This document shows, piece by piece, positions 13,618-15,741 of a DNA stretch of 15,741 nucleotides. How positions within the stretch are numbered: position 1 is the first letter of the stretch; the number at the start of each line of letters is the position of its first letter. The DNA is taken from the IMG/VR virus record IMGVR_UViG_3300021400_001316, positions 1-15,741 of that record, one strand, 5' to 3'. The notes under the pieces were generated by a model, which was not told the DNA's origin, did no database searches, and saw only the letters and a program-made list of their open reading frames with translations. This stretch comes from a virus. The position numbers were made by a program, and so were the translations under genes.

Positions 13618-15729
13618 TTATAATTTTGAAATCCATGTTTGTGTTTCAACTCCTTGAAACAATAAACCAGTAATTTCTGCTTTGGTTGTAACTCTTAATT
13701 CTTTTGTAACTGTTCCTTTGTCTGTTAATTCTGTTGTTACTTCTCCAGTTGAAGAATTATAACTTCTAAAACCATCAGCATCCATTCTAGTAAATGTATT
13801 AGATGTGCTTGAATTTACTTGTATTCCTTTTCCAATATCAACTGTGTCTGTATGTGTTTCATTAGGATTTTGAGACCATGCTTGTTTTTCTGCTCCTATA
13901 TTTCCCATAACATCTGCTATTTGTATTGCATCGTTTGTGTCCGTTGCAAATGCAATAACAATTCTGTTATCAGTAACTTTTATTTGTTTTGTGTACTCTA
14001 CCCATTCATTGCCAGTATAACCTAGCCTTTCAGCTGTACCATTTATTGTTACTGTTGTGTTGTCTAACTGATTTGTATTTCTATATAGGAAAGAAATTGT
14101 ATAAATATCATTTTTAACCATAGTATCTTGCGATACTGTTCCAATTGATAATTTATACCCCATTCCGCTAACAGTATTTTTCTTTGTATCTGTATCAATG
14201 TATCCCTCAATAGCATCTCCATTCCAAAAATCTGTTGCATAGTAAAATATATTGTTTCCACTATTATTTTTTAGGTTTATATTCAACCCATTAAGACTTT
14301 CTTTGAACTCTGCTAATTGATTATTTGTTTCTGATTGATAATCAGATATACTTCTTTTGGTTTCATCTATTGTTGATTCCAATAAATTCATCCTAGAACT
14401 TGCACCTTGTTGTTCCTCAATGATTTCTTGAATTTTACCTTCTTGTTTATTAGTAATTATTTCTGTATTTGTAACCCTTTTTTCAATACTCGTAGCATAT
14501 TGGTATTTAGTTTCACTATATTTAGGCTCTTTTGTATTTGCTTTTTCCTTTATTCCAGATGTTATTTCCACAGTAATATTGAATAATATTGTTTTATATT
14601 CATTTTCGTGTAAATCCTTTAAGGTAACAATATCTCCAAATTCATAATATCCAAAACCGAAAGATGTATAATCAAACACATAATAAGATAGTCCGTTAAT
14701 GTGATTGTATATTTCCTCTATAAAATCACTTCTGTTTCTATCCATAATTTGATTATTATCTATTCTTATTGAGACTCTTCCAGAAGCTGGAGCTGAACTT
14801 GGATAATAAATATTATCTTCTTGAGGACTTCTTCCTAAAACCATTGTGTTATATGCACCTATTTTCTTTCCTATTGTAAGTTTTTCTAGGTCATTTTCAT
14901 CAATAGTTTCTCCTGTATCTGTTGGATAAGCTACATATAAATCCTTATTTATTATTTTTATAAAACCACCAGCAACTGCTGCAATTTCATCTAAAATATC
15001 TCTATATGTGAAATCTGTTAATTCTGCGTATTTATCTTCACTTATTATTTTATTTGCATTTGCAAAATCAAGTGTTTTTAATGTCCATCCAAATTTAGTA
15101 CAAATTGCTCTTAATAAATCTAATACAGTAACATCTCCAGTTGAATAATCTATATTAAGAGGGCTATCAACATATTTTATATGACTATCAATCATGTGAT
15201 CATATAAATATAACTTTAATGAACGAGTATCAATTTTTTCTTCTTTGTCATAAACAACAAATTCTCCCCAATCTAAATACTCATAATTTTCAAATTCTGA
15301 TAGCCTAACTCCCAATTGAATATTTAATGTAGATGCATTTTCTATATTTTCTCTTTTTGCATGAGGTATTAAGAATTTTACTCTTGCACGATCTGTTTCT
15401 TTTACTTTCATTTCATTTACTTCTTCAACAGTATATTCTTTGTCCTGGTCCTCTGCTAAATATTTAACTTGTGTTTTATCAACCTTTCTTACACTTGCCT
15501 CATGAACTTGCCTTACTGTCATGATTTTATTTTTATCAATAGTAGTATAGTTTTCTATTTCTATTTCAATTTGCCTCATAACAGAAGTAAACAAATCTCC
15601 ATTTACCGATTGAGTAATTTTCTTAACATGTGTTTTATCCAATTTTGTATTTCCAAAACCAAGAAGAATATTCAATTGTTTTCCATAAACTTTCATTTTA
15701 TTTTTGAAAGAATTAGTTGTTCTTAACAT
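13618..15729 (-). CDS. Phage tail protein / minor structural protein (endopeptidase-tail-like)
   Basis: 703 aa ORF with GGGAGGA RBS; ...EYLDWGEFVVYDKEEKIDTRSLKLYLYDHMID...DYSTGDVTVLDLLRAICTKFGWTLKTLDF... pattern typical of tail baseplate-hub/endopeptidase proteins; position upstream of other tail genes. Confidence 0.75.
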   Translation of the reverse strand: MLRTTNSFKNKMKVYGKQLNILLGFGNTKLDKTHVKKITQSVNGDLFTSVMRQIEIEIENYTTIDKNKIMTVRQVHEASVRKVDKTQVKYLAEDQDKEYTVEEVNEMKVKETDRARVKFLIPHAKRENIENASTLNIQLGVRLSEFENYEYLDWGEFVVYDKEEKIDTRSLKLYLYDHMIDSHIKYVDSPLNIDYSTGDVTVLDLLRAICTKFGWTLKTLDFANANKIISEDKYAELTDFTYRDILDEIAAVAGGFIKIINKDLYVAYPTDTGETIDENDLEKLTIGKKIGAYNTMVLGRSPQEDNIYYPSSAPASGRVSIRIDNNQIMDRNRSDFIEEIYNHINGLSYYVFDYTSFGFGYYEFGDIVTLKDLHENEYKTILFNITVEITSGIKEKANTKEPKYSETKYQYATSIEKRVTNTEIITNKQEGKIQEIIEEQQGASSRMNLLESTIDETKRSISDYQSETNNQLAEFKESLNGLNINLKNNSGNNIFYYATDFWNGDAIEGYIDTDTKKNTVSGMGYKLSIGTVSQDTMVKNDIYTISFLYRNTNQLDNTTVTINGTAERLGYTGNEWVEYTKQIKVTDNRIVIAFATDTNDAIQIADVMGNIGAEKQAWSQNPNETHTDTVDIGKGIQVNSSTSNTFTRMDADGFRSYNSSTGEVTTELTDKGTVTKELRVTTKAEITGLLFQGVETQTWISKL

Positions 15730-15741
15730 GTCTATCCTCCC

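Noticed and set aside
12900-14261. Antisense/overlapping ORFs 12900..13160, 13108..13332, 13819..14025, 14064..14261 and 15469..15726
   Set aside because: All lie within long, well-supported tail-protein reading frames and have low-complexity or composition-driven translations.
1-15741. CRISPR arrays, rRNA or tRNA genes
   Set aside because: No regularly spaced repeats and no recognisable rRNA/tRNA sequences seen by eye; in particular no tRNA-Arg(CCG) noticed in the window, though a tRNA scan is needed.

Overview
AT-rich Firmicutes (Clostridia-like) temperate phage genome segment. From right to left it carries, on the minus strand, a tail/structural module (13618-15729, 11273-13597, 9530-11257), a diversity-generating retroelement (DGR), a small tail-accessory gene, and a lysis module (holin-like, C39-type/SH3 lysin). 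It then carries, on the plus strand, an HTH + MutS-domain-I-like pair, a tyrosine integrase, a zinc-ribbon membrane protein and a CI-like S24 repressor, followed by minus-strand early genes (Cro-like, excisionase-like, Zn-finger, start of a YqaJ-like recombinase). Two signals stand out. (1) A DGR: a 117-bp template repeat (TR, 9223-9339) aligns without gaps to a variable repeat (VR, 9542-9658) at the C-terminal end of a putative tail/receptor-binding protein. All 19 mismatches fall on adenines of the coding-strand TR (28 adenines in total), and an RT with the YMDD motif lies beside it. (2) A recurrent +1 frameshift at CGG codons: in a manual scan the only in-frame CGG codons I found are in four genes (integrase, HTH regulator, holin-like, DGR RT). 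At all four the recognisable protein continues only if the C of CGG is skipped (NNU CGG N -> NNU [C] GGN, Gly), while reading CGG as Arg truncates the product. More than 20 other CGG trinucleotides on coding strands are all out of frame. This suggests CGG is unassigned or hungry in this host and acts as a +1 frameshift signal, possibly a previously undescribed recoding system. Other observations: operator-like repeats at cro, xis and int; divergent promoters; an integrase-proximal direct repeat; and a lysis-to-int gene order that fits a non-integrated phage genome.
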